From Callorhinchus milii (Eukaryota): 64,000 nt of DNA. The stretch covers positions 9,550,001 to 9,614,000 of the forward strand of contig NW_024704743.1 of assembly GCF_018977255.1 (NCBI RefSeq), in the 5' to 3' direction. Position 1 is the first letter of the stretch. Each line of letters begins with the position of its first letter. Below the pieces are notes generated by a model, which saw only the letters and a program-made list of their open reading frames with translations, had not been told where the DNA came from and did no database searches. A program made the translations under genes and the position numbers. This document shows positions 1 to 12,399 of the stretch, piece after piece.

Positions 1-1194
1 CAGGAGGACATCTCAAAGCGCTTTGCAGGATTTACTGTAGTGACTGTATTTTGTAGGTAAACGCAGCAGCCAATTTGTACACAGCCATGTCCCACAAATA
101 ATCGTGAAAGTGAATTGTCAATTTTATCTGGGAGACTGTTGGAGGTTTAACTTTGAGTGTCTGAGCCAGCCTTTTCACTCAGACAGGCAGGAATCCCACT
201 GTTGGTCCAATTGGCAGGCTGTTCTATCAGCATTCAATGGTTGCCAAATGTGCTTTTTTAACTTGTTCACGTCAGCTTTGCTCACTGAGAAACATTTGCC
301 AAAGATTTGGATCGCATTAAAAGGCTGGCAGACGATACAAAATCGTCTGCTGCTCCTGTGGCGAGGCCAGATATTCACACAGATCCAGCTGGGAGGTTTG
401 GATTCACATTTTACAGCTCTACGAGGGATAATGGATTTCTGACTGTTTCTGCCGATCTGAAGGTTCTGCAAGTATGCAATCCAATTTCCCTCACTGCAAC
501 TACATCAAAAGTTTTTTTTTGCAGGTTCAGCGAGGCTTGGGTAGATTTTTTCACCCTCTGTTTACATTTGACTCTGCTCCTACGTGAGGAAGTATTGCCA
601 TGACTTTAGAAATCCACTTAATATGAATTCAAAGCAATCGAATTACACGGCCTTTTGGCACCTGCTAAACATCATCATCAAGGCCAGACTGCCAACCAGC
701 CACTTGAAAGAGCTTTCTGATTGTGTAATACACGCAGGTGCTGTGTTCATGTACTCTGGACTAATGGAGAAAGTCAGCTTTGCAACTGGTTGAGACACTG
801 GCCGCACCCAGGCATCCACCTCATCCCACTTGTTTGTTTTAATGACATTGCTTCCTGTCCGTCAAGATATCGACGACCACACATTCTTGAGGAATTAAGC
901 TCTTGAGGTTATAATGTAAACATTCTTAGGAAACCACTGAATCTCAGGCTAGCAAATGCATCACAATAACCATATAAAGTTGAAACAGCAACAACTTGCA
1001 TTCGGATTGCACCTTTCACAAAGGCACCATGAGTGGATTAGAAGTTCACAAGATATCAAAATGTATGAATGAGGCAACATATTCTAACCACAGAAAACAC
1101 TATGTTGTGTAGTATAAAGCAGAGTCCAGCAAATACTGTCAAAATGATTTAGTAGCACAAAAGGATCTGTTTATATATGTTCATAGAACTCTGT

Positions 1195-1497
1195 GACAAA
1201 GCCCTCCACAGCCTTGTTCCTTCCTACTTCTGTGACCTTCTAACCCCCTACCAACCTGACCGCACCCTCCACTCAGCGGGCTCTGGTCTGCTTATTCTCC
1301 CCCGCCTTGCCTGCCTCATCACTGGCAGGCGGGCCTTCAGCATCTCTGGCCCCACCCTCTGGAATTCCATCCAACAGTCCCTCCGCCTCACCCCCTCCAA
1401 TCAAGGGCTTCCTCTTCAACCATGCCTTCGGTCACCCTCCTACCCCTGACCTAAAAGGCCCTGAAAAGTAATTCCTTCTTGTTGTCGTTGTTGTTGA
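1195..1497 (+). mobile_element. L2 3' fragment
   Basis: KALHSLVPSYFCDLLTPYQP...RAFSISGPTLWNS matches ORF 13777-14010. Confidence 0.8.
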
Positions 1498-2329
1498 TCA
1501 GTTTCTAAAAGGGAGCTCTCATGGACAGATTTAGCAGGAACTTCTTCACTTAAGAGGGTGGTGAGAATGTACAAGTCACTGCCAGTAGTTGGGGTTGAAG
1601 CAAATGGTATATCAATGTATTTAAGGGAAAGTTTGATGCTTACACGAGAAAGAATATTTGGTGTGGGGCCTCATGTGGAGTTCAAACACCAGCACTGACC
1701 AGCTGTCGGAAATGGCTCATTTCCGTGCAGTGTACTCTACCTAACTATGTGGCATTCCAAGCCCTAGATTTGACATAAAGTGAAATAAGGATGAAAGAGT
1801 AGAAAGATAATGCCAGAGAAGACTAAACACAGTGTGAGTTTTTTTTATAAAAAAGACCGATGATGGAGGGAGAATTCTGCATCTGCTTAATGGATGGAGG
1901 ACAAGCCAAAATGTAATTTTAGTTTAAAAAAAATTCATGCAAGATGCCCTTCGGTTGCCATTTAGGTCTTGCACAAAATTCAAACAACTAAAAATACATG
2001 AAAGTCCTTTTGAGCATACTTTGAAGTTCACTGGTCCTTGGCACCATTGGCAGCTCAGTAGCTGAAATCATCAGGTGAAATGAAGCTAAGCTGTTAGACC
2101 AAGAAGGTTTCAGATTTGATACTTGCTCTGTGCCTCAGGCATGTTGAGTCAAAGATGCTATTAACTGAAGGCACTAAAATAATAATCCTTACATTTATAA
2201 TACCCCTTGGCTGGGGAAATGGAATATGGAGACATTGGCAGGATTTCAACTCCCACCCTTAAAAGTGTGCTGATGTGAATATCAAATAAGGATGGATTAG
2301 GTTCATACACCGGTACATAATATGAAGAC

Positions 2330-2680
2330 ATTTAAGAGGGGACCCAATAGGAGTGTTTAAAATTATTAAAGGGCTCAATAAGGTTAGAGGCTGTTTCCAC
2401 TGGTGAGGGAGACCGTAATCAGGGGACACAAGTATAAGTCTGTGATTAGGGGATCTAAAAGAGAATTTAGGAGGAATTACGTCATACAGAGGGTAGTGAG
2501 ACTGTGGAACTCGCTGCCTGAAGCAGTGGATGAATCAGATAGTGTAGACGCATTCAAACAAGAAAATAGACTTTCACGTGAGGGAGAACGGAATAGTAGG
2601 GAGTAAGGAATGGATGAAGACTTGTGTAGAGTATAAACACCAGCTTGTGTAACCAGTTTCCATTCTGTATATTCTTTGTA
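2330..2680 (+). mobile_element. CR1-clade LINE 3' fragment
   Basis: IRGHKYK...QRVVRLWNSLP...VDAFK, the CR1 ORF2 C-terminal motif; related pieces at about 1510-1740, 10290-10440 and 23780-24000. Confidence 0.8.
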
Positions 2681-2784
2681 AATAACAAACAGCCACTAAG
2701 CAACATACTACAAGATAAACATTGCAGAATGAAACAAATCACCTTCAATGTAATAAATAAATCTCGACACCTCCATCAGATGTC

Positions 2785-3125
2785 AGCCTGGCTCAGTTGA
2801 GTCAGAAGATCACCTGTGAGTCAGAAGATTGTGGGTTCAAGCCCCACATCAGAACTTTGAGCTCATAGTCTAAACTGACATTATAGTGCTCGGAGAGTGT
2901 TGCACTGCCAATGGTGATGTCCTTTGGATGAGAAGTTAAACTGATATCCCACCTAGAGGTGAAAGCCAACAATCCCACATCATTATTTGAAAAAAGGGAG
3001 ATTTCTTTTGTGTCCTGGCCAACATTCCCTCCGATAAAATTGATCATTTATTTTGTAGCTGTTTACAGAACACTGCATGCAAAATTCCTTTTCAAAATTG
3101 ACCTACCCATTTGTCTACAAAATGG
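2785..3125 (+). mobile_element. Deu-domain SINE (AmnSINE1/SacSINE1-like core, tRNA-like head)
   Basis: ggatgaga.gttaaac...gatcccat...tgtcctggccaaca core recalled from the Deu domain; other copies at about 5270-5600, 16960-17250 and 20240-20580. Confidence 0.7.
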
Positions 3126-6049
3126 TCATTAATAACAATAAATAATTGTTTGATATAGGTCCTTTCACATTAGGAGGATGCCTCAAAGTGCTTCACAGGA
3201 TTTACTGTTAAGAATAGTGACTGTGTTTTGTAGTCAAACATGTCAGCCAATTCTCATCTCTAAAGTAAATCCAGTAAATTTTCTCCCTCATTAAGATAAG
3301 CAGAGGCAGAATTACATTGCATTCCATATAATGTCCGTGGTTTTCAGTTTAAATAATACTATTTAAGGCAGGGCAAATATGACAGAAATTAAGAAAAGAT
3401 GCACTGCTTCTGAATTCATGATTAGCTGTTAAATAAAACAGTGAATTAATAGAAACATTTTGTGTGAAGTTTGGAATCAAATATTTGGCTCAAATTCGAT
3501 TGCAAAATTGTGCTGGTCAATGAATAACTAACGGTGCAAAAACTTTGCGACACAAAATCAACAAAGTTGCTCTGTTTTCTGTGTGAGATCGTCCCTGGGT
3601 CACTTTCCCACCCATTTTGCTTCCCTTGCTTGCTGGCTGCTGCAAAGTCTGTTCTGGGACTGGACCTAATCATCTGTGTGTGTGTTGGGGGTGGGGTGGG
3701 GGGGAAGCTAATAATAGCAAATTGACATCCAAGTATGGCCACAACAAAGTAGACTAGTTCATAATCCCTGCCCTTGATACAGGGCCTATAATGTCAAGAA
3801 CGTCTCAAAGCACTTTGCAGAGTTTCAGCAAAGCGTACAGATTATTCCTCGGTGAACGCAGAAGCAAATTTGTACCACTCATCAACGTTAATAATAATAA
3901 ATTGGTCATTTCAATCCAAGACTGTTTGTGGGACACTGCTGTGCACTATCGGCTGCCATGTTTCACCCACAAAATATACAGTCAATTCACTTGACAGTAT
4001 ATTCTGTGAAGCACTTTGAGAGGTCTCGAAGATGTGATAAGGCCGTTTATCAAATGCAAGGATTATTATTATTATTCAAAGACTGTCAGTTGCCATAAAC
4101 TGTTGAAAATATTCATTCTTATGCAGAATTGCTCAGCATGCTTACAGCAGCGCGGTTAAAACAAGCAGTGTGGTACGATTTCCGATACTGGAGGTGGCTA
4201 GAGAAAGGTTCTATATTACCTCCACCCCCTCAAAAAAAACTTGCCTTACTCATCTTCTGAAGACAATACCTCACATTGAGGATATTAGTTATCCAAAATT
4301 GATATCCAAGCACATCAAGAATCGATGGGGATGCTTAAAAGGGAGAGGGAATAGATGGGTATTGGTGAGGAGACTAGGGATGCTGGGGGCTCTGTGTCAT
4401 GAACCAGTTGGGCTGAATGGCCCATTTCTGTGTCATATCACTTCTACATAACTCTGGGTAAATACTGAGAACTAAGGGGATAAATAGCTATGGGGGAACG
4501 GTGGGCAAATGAGATTCAAAGATCTGCCATGATCTGATAAAATAACACAGCAATGTCAATGAGCTGGGTGGCTTCCTCCTGCTCTTATGTTTCTAAAAAG
4601 AGGATTACAGATCTAATTCTCAGATTTTCAAAACAGCACAAGACATTGGCATTCTTCTCCAGTGCTGAAACAGGAGCCAAAGACTTCAGGAACATTCTTT
4701 TACCACACCCGTCTGAAACCATATTATGCAGCAATAAAACCAAGTGCAATACATATCTCAGAGTTCAGGAGCTGATTCTGCTTTAATAACCTCTCTTGTT
4801 GAAATAAGTCTGTTGCCTCAGCATCCAAGCCTTCCTAAGTGCATACTTCTACTCAAGACCTGTAGAATTCAAACATGTCAAGGTGGAAATTTATGTGTGG
4901 CATTTGCAATGATACTCCACAAATAATTTTTTGAATAACTAAGTATTTTTCTCATACTAAAATGCAGTAAAATCCTTTATTCAATGTAAAATAAATATGA
5001 CCCTGGTAACAGAATGACAACTTTACCTTTGACCTATAACACATTCAGCACCTCCTATCAATGTGGTACCTCAGTGCCACCATGTGATACACAAAGATGT
5101 TTGGTTACCAAGAGCTGTAGCAAAAGGTGGGGGAAATGGGATTAAAAGATCTGCCACGATCCCCAAGCCATTTGTCCAAAGCACCTTACAAATTTCAATC
5201 GAATAGTTCCCTTTAGACTGAACTGATTCAATAACAAGCATCCGAGTGCCATTACCTCTTGCTATCAGTGACTTATAATGCACACCAATGCAGTTTTGAA
5301 GGAGCACTGTACTCTCAGAGTTGCAGTCCTTCAGATGAGACTTCAAACCAAAGTCTCACCGAAAGCCAGTTGCGCCTTAAAGATCCCAAGGCATTACTCA
5401 AAATGAGGAGAGATTATTTCAGTATCCTGGCTAACAATCCCCCAAATAAAATTAGTCATTCATTTAATGGCTGCGTGTGGGGATTTGTTGTGCACAAATT
5501 GGCTGCCTCAAATGGCCTACAAACACAGTCAAATCCTATGAAGCATTTTGAGATGTCTCGAGGAATGATGTGATAAGGCCCTGTATCAAATGAAAAGATT
5601 ATAATGCAGTTTAAATTTTGTACCAGATTACCATATTCCACTTTCAAACTATTCTGAATTTGTAGTCATGGAAACAGAGCTTGATTCCAATTGTTTACAA
5701 ATCCGTAACAATGCTTTAAAAAAACTCACACGACCACATGAAAATTTAAATAAATCATCAAAATGTTGCCTGAAATGTGTGTTCATAAAATTACATTTGC
5801 CAAATTATTAGCAGTAGGAAACAACCTTGTGTGTCTCTGACATGCCAAATGTGAACAGTGGCTATAGGCAGCTTAGCATGTGCAATCCTTTAGTTGATAA
5901 ACTGTACTGCCCAGCTGTCTCATGAATAATCTTGGCAATAAAACTTAAACTATTCCCATAGTGAGTAGTATCCTACAGTCAATTATTGAGCATCAAAATT
6001 TAAAGCCTGAAGCACTTTCTGGCCAAACACCAGTGTGACCATTCCATTT

Positions 6050-6380
6050 GGAGTCCTGTAGCGTAGTAGTCAGCGTACTCATCTTGCAAAAAGAGGACCC
6101 AGGTTCGATTCCCGACCAGACGAAACCTTCGGCAAGTTTCCTAACTCCACACTCCTTTGTTTACCCAGCAGTAAGTAGGAACTCGGTTGTTAGTTGATTG
6201 GAGGATCTCTTTCCAGAAGTAATAATTAGTCAAAAAAAATTGTTCACTAATCAGTGACTGTTGTACGCAATTGGCTGCAGTGTTTCGCCCACAAAATACA
6301 GTCAACAATATATTCTGGGAAGCGCTTGAGATATTTCAATGACATGATTAGATGCTGTATGAAATTCAAGGATTATTATT
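6050..6380 (+). mobile_element. tRNA-derived SINE, long subfamily
   Basis: Same head and tail plus an extra central block gtttacccagcagtaagtaggaac, also seen at about 57895-57950 and 49820-49855. Confidence 0.85.
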
Positions 6381-6410
6381 TATTTAGGCATTTTACAGTA
6401 CAGATCCTGC

Positions 6411-6489
6411 TGTTGATGAAGCATTAAATTCTCTTTGGACTGAAGCATACACTGCTTCAGTCCAAAGAGAATTTAATGCTTCATCAACA
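6411..6489. repeat. Perfect inverted repeat: 37-bp arms, 5-nt loop
   Basis: 6411-6447 is the exact reverse complement of 6453-6489; loop TACAC. Confidence 0.97.
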
Positions 6490-9400
6490 TAACTGCTTAA
6501 TCCATCTCGGGTTACACTGACTACACAGTACAACTACAACCAATGGAAAACCATGCATTTAAATTTATAAAGATCGTCTCTCAGCCTACCCGCCCCTCCA
6601 TCAGCAGACAACCTTTCATCCATTCCAGAGTCATTCTAACCTAGAGTATTTCCAAATCACTCATTCTCGTTCCAAACCCACTTCAAAATGTACCTCCTTG
6701 CCCACATCTTGATCATTCACCTCCCCACCTTCTTCGACTCCCAGCCCCCAGCTCAGGTGCCCAGCCAGCAGTGTGAAGCACTTTGAGACAACTTGCATTT
6801 ACATTTCGCCCTTCACAGGGTAGCTTCAGCGAGATGTCCTTCCAATGTGAATGGTGCTATATAAGTGTAAATTGTGCTGAACACTATGTTAGATGTTTCA
6901 ACTGTTAATAAACAAGCTGAATGGAAAAGCACGTAACATTCAGCAGTGTTCCACTACCAGTTAGCAGAACCATTGTTTAAGCAAGCGTGCTTTCAGCTCT
7001 ATTACACCCAAGTTCTAAGCAGGATCTCCTTGGAACTGAACTGGATACAAGGTGACATGCCTGGCAATGGAATATCAGAATTGAGCCAGCCCTCTGTGGT
7101 GGTCACGGTAGTCCGGTTCTGCAGAATTCCAGGCCACTGCTGATGACAGCACAGTCAGCCTGGCTCATCAGCAGGACTTGGAAGGGAAGACCAGTCACTC
7201 CGGGCAGGAAGTCATCCTGAAGCACTTTGAGACGTCTAGAAGACGTGAATAGCGCTATATCAAATGCAAGGATGATTATTATTCAGCTCCTGTTAACCCT
7301 GCAAGCCAAAGCCCTATTGGTATGGTGGTCCTGGCTGGACAAGCAGTGGGAAAGCTTGCCGGACAGCAATATCAATAGCAAGCTATGCGGCTTTAGCTGG
7401 TTAGACTCCGCATTACCCCGAAGGGGTTCCCAAGCCTTGGTTCTTCACAACCTCTGCCTAATACATTCCGGAATTAGGACAAAAAAAATAGTACTGTAGC
7501 ACTGACCACAAAGTTTAAAAATAATTTGAAGTATATATGCTGTGAAAACTTGATTACCAATATTGTACCAATTAAATCCTTTAATAAAGCAAAAGCTGAA
7601 CTTACCTGATAGGACAGGAATAAGGTGTAGATAGAGACTAATCAAACAGTCGATGGAACTGGAGGCTTCCTGACCAATGGAATGTTATGAGGAAAGCAAT
7701 CAGGGATGAATGAATGATCGTAATAGATTATTTCCACTGGTCAATGAACCATTAACAAAAAGGCACAAATTTCCCATCATCACAAATTAAAGGGAAGGTT
7801 AGCAAAAAAAACTACTGTTCAAACAGAGTCCAAAGATTTATTTTAGAATGAAATCAGATAGATCCTTGAGAACATTAAAGAGTACGAATAAGCAAGCAAG
7901 AGCGTGAGAGAGTGTCTAAGAGAGAAAGAGACAGATTATAATAATAATCCTTGCATTTGATATAGAGCCGTATCACTTTGTTGAGACGTCTCAAAGTGCT
8001 TCACAGAATATACTGTGAATTGACTGTGTATTTTATGGGCGAAATTAGATGGCTTATGTGGAGAAAAGCTCCATCCACACAGACGAGATGAGCCAAATGG
8101 CCGATCTATGCTGCATTGTGCTAAGATTTTATTTAGGTTGCAAGAGAGATTCTAGAGTTCCACGCAATTACTGTTGGGAGGTCAGTGGGGAAACTGCAGA
8201 ACCTCCCCTCAATAGATTAAGTAAACGGGCCAACTCCCTCAACGCTTCTTCATACGTAAATGAGCCATAGAGTTTCAAAGGACTCGGAGTTGAATGGCCA
8301 GTCTTTATTGCTTACACCCTGTTAAACTTACAATACGGCCTTCAGCTACAGCCTCGAAATCAGAGGTAGCACTTTAGCACAGCATTGCTCTTGCCACCAC
8401 ACCTCCCCAAGTGATGACAAACAATAGAATATATATTTAATAGTGCCTTTCACATCGGGAGGACGTCCCAGGATATTTTAGTTAGCTAGGACATGGTTGA
8501 GGGGAAAGCAACATCAACAGGGCAATAAACACCTCAGTGCTGACTTGTCTTGGGGGAAGGCATGTCAATGCTCACATGCTTGAGCTCACATATGAATGAC
8601 TGTCACCTGGATGAGTCACCAGAACAAGTGGAATTGTATCCCAGTGCCTACAGTGGAGAGGAGAGAAAATTAGACAGAGAGGGAGGGAGAATAAAAGCCA
8701 GGTAGAGTCCACAATGAGTTAAATTACACAAGGTTCTTGAAAGGAACAGACTAGAAGGACTGAGTATCTCCATAGAACCGCAGAAATTTAAAGGGACTCA
8801 TCCCGTAGTCTGTGCTGGCTCTTTTCTTTCAAAGAACAATCCATTCAGTCCCATTTATCTATCCTTTTTTCCCCAGTACACTTGAAAATGATCAGAACCA
8901 CAAAAATTCACACAATTTTTCCCATTTCCTTGTATTAAAAAAAATGCTGGTCAATTACTCAGCACTCAAATCTGACTATTTACTAAGTGCACGGAGATAA
9001 TCAGCCATCCCAAAGCTTATGACTTACACTGTCAAATAATCAAGGTCCTTTCTCAAACCACTGCCAAGTTTAGAGAATCCTATTGTCCAGACTCCCATTT
9101 AAAACCAGAACATCTGACAGCAGCTTGTGCTCTACACGGTTGACTGGGGGCCCTAAGAGGTAAACAAATACACGCAGAATTGTAGATGACTAAGGCACAA
9201 GGCTGCAATTTTAAACTGAGGTGTTCAGATAAAGTAAAGAGAAAGTGGTTTATGGCATCATCCGCACCTACATCCCTTTCAGCTTTCAGAATGCAGTCTC
9301 AATACAACAAAGAACATGCTGACATTCAAAGGGCTGAAATTACGTAGCATCAATAACTTGAGTGTGTTTATGTGGGGGGGGGAATGGAAAGACGCTGCTG

Positions 9401-9750
9401 TGATCGGATTATTCCACAACCATCATCACAGCTGGGTGCGATCAACAAATTACTCTCCAGTTTCCAAGCACAAATTGCAGGGGCAGATAATGATTTTGAC
9501 TGTATGTTACTATCTTATTTTCTCCCCTTTCTTTTCGGACTTCTAACCCTAACCACTGTTTAATTCCACTCTTACAGATCTGGTTTTCAGTTTATGGGAA
9601 ATCACAGGTTTTGCTGCACAATCTTGACTCCCAGATAAAAAGTTGCAAACAAGCATCTTGGATTCAGAGATGCATTAAGAAGGCGCTCCAAGGGTATTAA
9701 GGTAACTCTTCAATCTCTGGATGGTAGAAAGGAAACTAAAAATACATTAA

Positions 9751-9992
9751 ACAAAAGGCAAAATACTGCAGATGCTGGAAATCTGAAATAAAAACAGAAG
9801 TCGCTGGGAACAAGCAGCAGGTCAGGTAGCATCTATGGAGAGAGAAAAATTAGTTAACGTTTCAGGACAATGACTTTTCATCAGACGTTTCGGCCTGACA
9901 AAAAGGTCATTGACCTGAAACGTTAACTAATTTTCTCTCTACGTTGATGCTGTCTGACCTGCTGCGTGTTCCCAGTAACTTCCGTTTTTATT
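9751..9992. mobile_element. Penelope-like-element terminal repeat in inverted arrangement, carrying degenerate hammerhead ribozyme motifs
   Basis: Arms about 9787-9884 and 9895-9992 are imperfect reverse complements; each has CTGANNA-stem-GAAACGTTAACT. Confidence 0.7.
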
Positions 9993-11455
9993 CTAGAAAT
10001 ACTTTGATGGGTTGGGTTTGGTAAACAATTCCCCAGTTGTTTTTCTTTAACAACAACAAACTTTGTCTTGATTTAAGATTGGGTCAGCAGCTGAAAAACG
10101 TTCATGCTTCAATTTCTTTGAAACCGAGACACACAACCCTGAACAACACAGCTTCGTCCAGAAAGTCTAACTACCACACTATAACCTGCACTTGCCAAGT
10201 CAAGGGATTCTGGCAGAGAAAATAAAATACTTAGGGACAATTCAGGAAAATAAAAGTTTAAGATTAATCTCAGAGACAGCATACAGTGGGACAAGAGGGC
10301 ACAAGTTCAGAATTCATCAGGGCAATTCTAGGACAGATACAAGGAAGTCTCTTTGCATTGTAGGAAAACAGCTGGAACAGGTTATGATGGTAGAGGCCAT
10401 GACACTGGACTTATTTTAAAGCTTGTTGATGCTGAATTGAGAAGACAGTGGGTGTTCTGATCTGGAAGGACAGAGAACAGCAGAACGTTGTTTATGAATT
10501 TGTGAGATTTTCGTTCCATAGATTAACTAATTAAAGTACCTGTAAGAAATAATAATAATCCTTGCATTTGATATAGCGCTTTTCACATTTTCTAGACTTC
10601 TCAAAGTGCTTCACAGAATACACTGTAAAGTGCAGTGACTGTATATTTGTGGGCGAAACGGAGCAGCCAATTGCGCACAGCAGTGTCCCACAAACAGAGT
10701 GCGCCACCTTTCCTTTCGCTTACATTGACACAAGAAATTTTAAAGTACAGGAAGGGGGAAAAGATATTATGGTTTCCTCTCCTGAGGATCACCAAGAGAA
10801 GTTCTGGGCAAGATCAAAGTTTGGCTATGATACCCTCACTATTGGCAGGTCTTTGAATTCTTACTACCTAAACTGACAAGGGAAGGATGGTCACTTGAGC
10901 AGATAACAGAGAGCTTCTACTGTCCCTGAAATTTTGTATCCCAATGTAAACCAGAACCCTCAGGAAAGGACAACAAAATGAATGAGGAGAGACGGGAAAG
11001 AGACAGAATTTGAAAATACTGCATAATCTAAAATCCCCAAAAAGCTAAGCATGTCAATTAATAATCACACAGAATCTGGAGACTATTTAAACAAAGCCAT
11101 TGCGACTCTAATTAAATATAGGACGCGGATCACAATTTTCCAAATGATTCTGAATGAAAGACTCTGAGATGAAGTCAGCTTTAATTATACTTTCACAAAA
11201 TATGCCTTTATATTTATGTAGTTCAATAGAAGACTGAACAAGCAGGACTATAATTGGTTTTTTGAAAACATGAATCTTATTGATCCAACTGAGTTAAGAT
11301 TTATAGCATTAGTTGCAAAATGTTCATTCATGCCTGGCCACAGGGACTTGTGACACCTCGAGACAAGTTGTTTATTATTGAATATCAGAATAGGAGCCAT
11401 CATTTACTATTCTGTGAAGTACAAAAAAGATGCATCATTCTTGTCCATTATATAG

Positions 11456-11728
11456 GGAGGGTAATTGGTCAATACAACTGAAAAATACCCACCCATTGGC
11501 TTGTGTCAAGTCGCTGGGGCATCAGCAAGATTCTCTCAAAGACATTTTTTCAATTTGTTAATATTCTACCGGTCGGCCCACTGCTCTTCTGTGGAAAGTC
11601 ACTGACTGTTTCCTGTATTACAACGGGGGGCAGAATTCATAGACAATTGGAATTCTGTCCTCATCTAACACACAGACAAATACACTTTCCAGAAAGAGAT
11701 GACAAGTAATGAAGACCAATTACCCTCC
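11456..11728. mobile_element. MITE-like element with 15-bp terminal inverted repeats
   Basis: ggagggtaattggtc (11456-11470) and gaccaattaccctcc (11714-11728) are perfectly inverted; no clear TSD. Confidence 0.55.
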
Positions 11729-11763
11729 TGAGCCCCGTGGATGTACACATGTAAGTGCCTACA

Positions 11764-11957
11764 CAGGGTGATCCAAAAGTCCTCGAATGTCTAATGAGAT
11801 GTTCAAATGTATAGTGTGCAGACACATACACACATCAACTCGGTGACAAAAACTTTCACAAACGCATTGAAAGACATCTCCTCTAATAGCTGCACACTGT
11901 CTAATATAACAATCAATAATTAAAAACTCTATGAGTAAGGACTTCTGATTCACCCTG
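11764..11957. mobile_element. Tc1/mariner-type MITE
   Basis: Imperfect 20-bp TIRs cagggtgatccaaaagtcct and aggacttctgattcaccctg; TA on the right flank, CA on the left. Confidence 0.65.
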
Positions 11958-12399
11958 TATTTGTGGAGCTCCCTTGGAACACGTGTCCAATTCTGGTCTC
12001 CACACTATAAAAAGGATAGAGAAGCAATGGAAAGAGCAGTGTAAGTTTACAAGGCTGATACGAGGGCTGGCAGGAGAGACTGGATAGGTCAGCCCCATTT
12101 TTGATAGAGAAGCGATGTTTAATAGAGGACCCAATAGAAGTGAGGTGGTTAAATAAAACACTGAGGTGGATAGATATTCTGTGCCCACAGCATTTATAGT
12201 CGATTCACTTTACAGTATATTCTGTAAAGTGCTCTGAGACATCTCCAAGATGTGATCAGACTCTATATCAAATGCAAGGTTTATTATTATTTGTTAAGTC
12301 AAGGTATTAAGGGATACTGGTCAAAGGTGGGTAATTAGACTTGAGGTACAAATCAGCTATGATGGCTATTCTGTTTCTACGTTTCTAAGTCCAAAATCG

